From a virus, in the IMG/VR virus record IMGVR_UViG_3300045988_080709: a stretch of DNA of 42,956 nucleotides; one strand, given 5' to 3'. Numbering within the stretch: position 1 is the stretch's first letter; every line of letters begins with the position of its first letter. The position numbers and the translations under genes are program-made. The notes under the pieces were generated by a model. That model did no database searches. It worked only from the letters and a program-made list of their open reading frames with translations, and was not told the origin of the DNA. Below, piece after piece: positions 40,679-42,956 of the stretch.

Positions 40679-40939
40679 GTGTCAGTGTTCTGCGGGGCGT
40701 TGGTGACCGCAAATGAGGCACCAATGGAGATTAATATATCCGGATATGGTGATGGTAATGAAATGCAGGTACCAACTCCAGGCGTATATGAACAAGTCAT
40801 AACGAAGCTTGACAGTAAGGCCGATGGTGTGGCTATAACGGGAAATAAAATCCGTCTGTTTTCCGAAAACAAAATCATTTACGAAAGTGAATTTGATATA
40901 AACGGCGGTAGTTTTGAAGAATGGAAGGGGGCACAGTAA
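40679..40939 (+). CDS. 3' segment of the split ORF (frame B, track ORF)
   Basis: Frame B is already open from 40577 (...LAILDNDECYVPWEFLNGKGIGY before the GTG at 40679) with no RBS or start there, suggesting continuity with frame A. Confidence 0.5.
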   Translation: MSVFCGALVTANEAPMEINISGYGDGNEMQVPTPGVYEQVITKLDSKADGVAITGNKIRLFSENKIIYESEFDINGGSFEEWKGAQ

Positions 40940-40940
40940 A

Positions 40941-42893
40941 ATGGCAATCACAATGCGAATCGGTCTTGAAAAAGACTTTATCCCTGAAAGAATGAGTGTC
41001 GGTGAGCTGGCTATCTCAACGGATACAGGTTTGATGCGGTACTGTCATGGACCAAATAAAATCAAACTGATAGCAACAGATGAAGACATTGCTGAAATGA
41101 GGAAGATGGTAAGTGACTTTGACTTGACGGTTCAGCAGGCGCTTGCGGATATCGGAAATCTGGGGCAATCACAGACCAACAGAGTAAACAGTGCAGGCAA
41201 TACCCAGACCCAGCGTGTAAACACCACCGGAGACACCCAGGTATCCCGCATCCAGGCGGAGGGTACAACACAGGTAAAAAATGTCCAGACAGCCGCGGCA
41301 GAGTCAATCAAAAACATAGAGACGATTGGGAGAGCCCAGATTGACGCGATCAAAGAGGCAGGTGGCGGCATTGAGCAGGCTCTTTCCAATTATTTTGCCC
41401 TCCGCAGAAATGGGCTGGTATTTACCACAAAAATCTATAAATACGCAACATCAACCAGTCCGGTGGGCGTAAAAATGAACGCCAATGAAAACATGGTCTG
41501 TGAGCCATCTGTGGGACGTGCTAAAGGCCGGGATGACTATGAACAGTACGGCCTGTTCCACCATTTCACCTGCAATTTTTCCGTGGACGAAAATGGATTC
41601 AATCATGTGGACACCCTGGAGGGGCAGACTGGATTTACAAAGTATGGCAAGGTACAAGTGGGCGAGGTAACCATGAGCGCATGGTTTGGTATTGAGGACA
41701 CGGCGGAGGCAGTTCTCTATCATTATTCTGACAGCCAGACGGAACTAACGCCGCACCCTATGAAAGAGTCCATTAACCCGGATGGAACGCTCAGCCCATT
41801 CATGATCCACGCGAAGTATGTAGCAGGAGACATTGAGGGCGCACCATACTCATCAAAGGGACTGGCTCCGGCTAACGGGTGCCAGGCTGAGGAAGCAAAG
41901 AACCCGGTCAGCTACACCGGCATGATCGTCTACATGCACAAGCTGGGCGGACATTACTGCGGTACAACGAGCTGGGATTTATTCTATAGGCAGCTGATGA
42001 TGATTATTAAATACGGCACCACACACAGCCAGAGTATCATGGCCGGATGTACAAGCTACTCCGCGCAGTACATGAACCTGGTGACGGAAACCGGCGTGAC
42101 CAGAGTGATCCTCACAAAGTCACAGGCGGCATCCTATGTGGTCGGATCATATGTTTCCATTGGAGAAATGGGCGAAGCCACAAACAATGATAGATATTAC
42201 GCATATATGCACAACCTGGCATACTGTGTAAAAGTGCTGAAAATTGAGGACGTGGATGATGCAAATGCGGCGGTTTATGTAGATGCTCCGGAGGCTTTTG
42301 ATACGACACTGACAACCTGTATCTCTACCATGCCCTGGCGTTCCGGATCCACAGATGAGGTGGCCGGATCGGATGGCTCCCTGGGCAACAATACCAATGG
42401 GAAATACGCCTTTAAAATTCAGGGTATTGAGACCGGCGTGGGAGCTTATGAGGTGCTGGGCAATGTGGTAATGGATATTGTGGCAGGAGCAGACGGGAAC
42501 CCGGCCAGAGATGTCTATGCGTGCGAGGATGCCAGCACGCTGTCCAGCAACATTGCAACAATCCGGACAAATTACCGGAAAGCAGCGGCGCAGGTGGCAT
42601 ATACAGCGGCAAGCTGGAAGTATATCTCCGAGGAGACAACGGACATGGACCTGTGCGTCATGATACCTACTGGGGTTGCCGCAGGCTCAACAACGGGATT
42701 TGCAGACGGACTCTACACGGATACAATAACATCTGGACAGAGAGAGTGGCTTGCGCTGGGCGGTTTGGACCGTGGGACGGTTTCTGGTCTCTGGTTTCTC
42801 TCTGCGAACTATGGCTGGTTGAATGCGAGCTGGTTTATCGTCTCCGGCGTTTCACCCAATGGCACCAGGGGTGAATGGCAGGCGGCAGCCTGA
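40941..42893 (+). CDS. Tail fibre / receptor-binding protein
   Basis: ATG 40941 (track start 40914). The N-terminus ITMRIGLEKDFIPERMSVGELAISTDTGLMRY resembles fibre N-terminal (Mtd_N/HylP-like) motifs. It also has a Q/T-rich repeat (NTQTQRVNTTGDTQVSRIQAEGTTQVKNVQ). 650 aa. Confidence 0.85.
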   Translation: MAITMRIGLEKDFIPERMSVGELAISTDTGLMRYCHGPNKIKLIATDEDIAEMRKMVSDFDLTVQQALADIGNLGQSQTNRVNSAGNTQTQRVNTTGDTQVSRIQAEGTTQVKNVQTAAAESIKNIETIGRAQIDAIKEAGGGIEQALSNYFALRRNGLVFTTKIYKYATSTSPVGVKMNANENMVCEPSVGRAKGRDDYEQYGLFHHFTCNFSVDENGFNHVDTLEGQTGFTKYGKVQVGEVTMSAWFGIEDTAEAVLYHYSDSQTELTPHPMKESINPDGTLSPFMIHAKYVAGDIEGAPYSSKGLAPANGCQAEEAKNPVSYTGMIVYMHKLGGHYCGTTSWDLFYRQLMMIIKYGTTHSQSIMAGCTSYSAQYMNLVTETGVTRVILTKSQAASYVVGSYVSIGEMGEATNNDRYYAYMHNLAYCVKVLKIEDVDDANAAVYVDAPEAFDTTLTTCISTMPWRSGSTDEVAGSDGSLGNNTNGKYAFKIQGIETGVGAYEVLGNVVMDIVAGADGNPARDVYACEDASTLSSNIATIRTNYRKAAAQVAYTAASWKYISEETTDMDLCVMIPTGVAAGSTTGFADGLYTDTITSGQREWLALGGLDRGTVSGLWFLSANYGWLNASWFIVSGVSPNGTRGEWQAAA

Positions 42894-42956
42894 CAGAGGG
42901 GCTTTCCCCTCTTAAATTCAGATTCCAACTACTTCAAAGCGAAGTATGGAATAGAG
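42858..42956. repeat. Terminal direct repeat copy 2 (identical to 1-99)
   Basis: 99/99 identity with the window start. Confidence 0.95.
42895..42912 (+). terminator. Hairpin after the tail-fibre gene
   Basis: AGAGGGG-cttt-CCCCTCT, 1 nt after the TGA. The T tract is weak. Confidence 0.45.

Larger units (their letters stand above)
1..42956. mobile_element. Complete temperate siphovirus-type phage genome (unit about 42,857 bp) closed by a 99-bp end overlap
   Basis: Integrase/attP, ImmR-ImmA switch, replication, late regulator, terS/terL, SPP1-type portal and gp7, scaffold, capsid, connectors, tail tube, G/GT chaperone, tape measure, Dit/Tal, fibre, holin and endolysin are all present in canonical order. 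The window ends overlap exactly. Confidence 0.9.

Noticed and set aside
40941-42893. Diversity-generating retroelement target, because of the Mtd_N-like N-terminus of the fibre
   Set aside because: There is no reverse transcriptase gene, no Avd-like gene and no template-repeat copy of the fibre 3' end anywhere in the closed genome.

Overview
The window is one complete temperate long-tailed (siphovirus-type) phage genome. Bases 1-99 are identical to 42858-42956, so the unit is about 42,857 bp and circularly closed. AGGAGG-type RBSs, choline-binding-like wall repeats in the lysin and a Cheo-type SOS box suggest a Firmicutes/Clostridia-like host. Gene order: tail-fibre-adjacent small genes and the lysis module (134-3290: membrane/coiled-coil protein, holin, tandem DUF2829/Tad2-like protein, CHAP endolysin). 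Next is an AT-rich accessory end beside attP (3291-4470), then the minus-strand lysogeny module (4471-7385: tyrosine integrase, DUF4190/DUF5067-like membrane protein, ImmA-type metallopeptidase, XRE/ImmR-type repressor). A face-to-face promoter switch sits at 7386-7589. Early genes follow (7590-10554: Cro-like HTH, counter-oriented 70-aa gene, pentapeptide-repeat protein, sigma-70-family factor). The recombination/replication module is 10547-17965: Gp157-like, Sak4-like ATPase, DUF669, CHC2 zinc-finger protein, SF3 helicase, iteron-rich putative origin, Holliday-junction resolvase, SF2 helicase. After that come a DPPH methyltransferase and several small zinc-ribbon proteins (18026-20388), then a sigma-region-4-like late regulator (20394-20837). 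A 433-nt untranslated region (20838-21270) holds an atypical tRNA and a terminator. A small HExxH peptidase and a LexA DNA-binding-domain-only protein lie at 21282-21937. The SPP1-like packaging, head and tail modules fill 21986-42893. No rRNA, CRISPR array, transposase or reverse transcriptase was seen. The most interesting signal is regulatory. Two perfect TTGACA-17-TATAAT promoters each carry a Cheo/LexA-box-like palindrome in the same spacer position. One drives the sensor-less LexA paralog (next to the HExxH peptidase). The other drives a two-ORF cassette (basic 61 aa, acidic 75 aa) at the attP-proximal end, where the second ORF's Shine-Dalgarno is locked in a perfect 10-bp hairpin. A promoter-to-terminator ~70-nt sRNA follows that cassette. 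Other items worth checking: the tandem Tad2-like protein inside the lysis cassette, an NrdR zinc-ribbon-only protein, the A33 tRNA, the pentapeptide-repeat protein, the iteron origin and a split ORF near the tail fibre. All functional calls rest on motif recognition from memory and hand-read structure; no database search was run.
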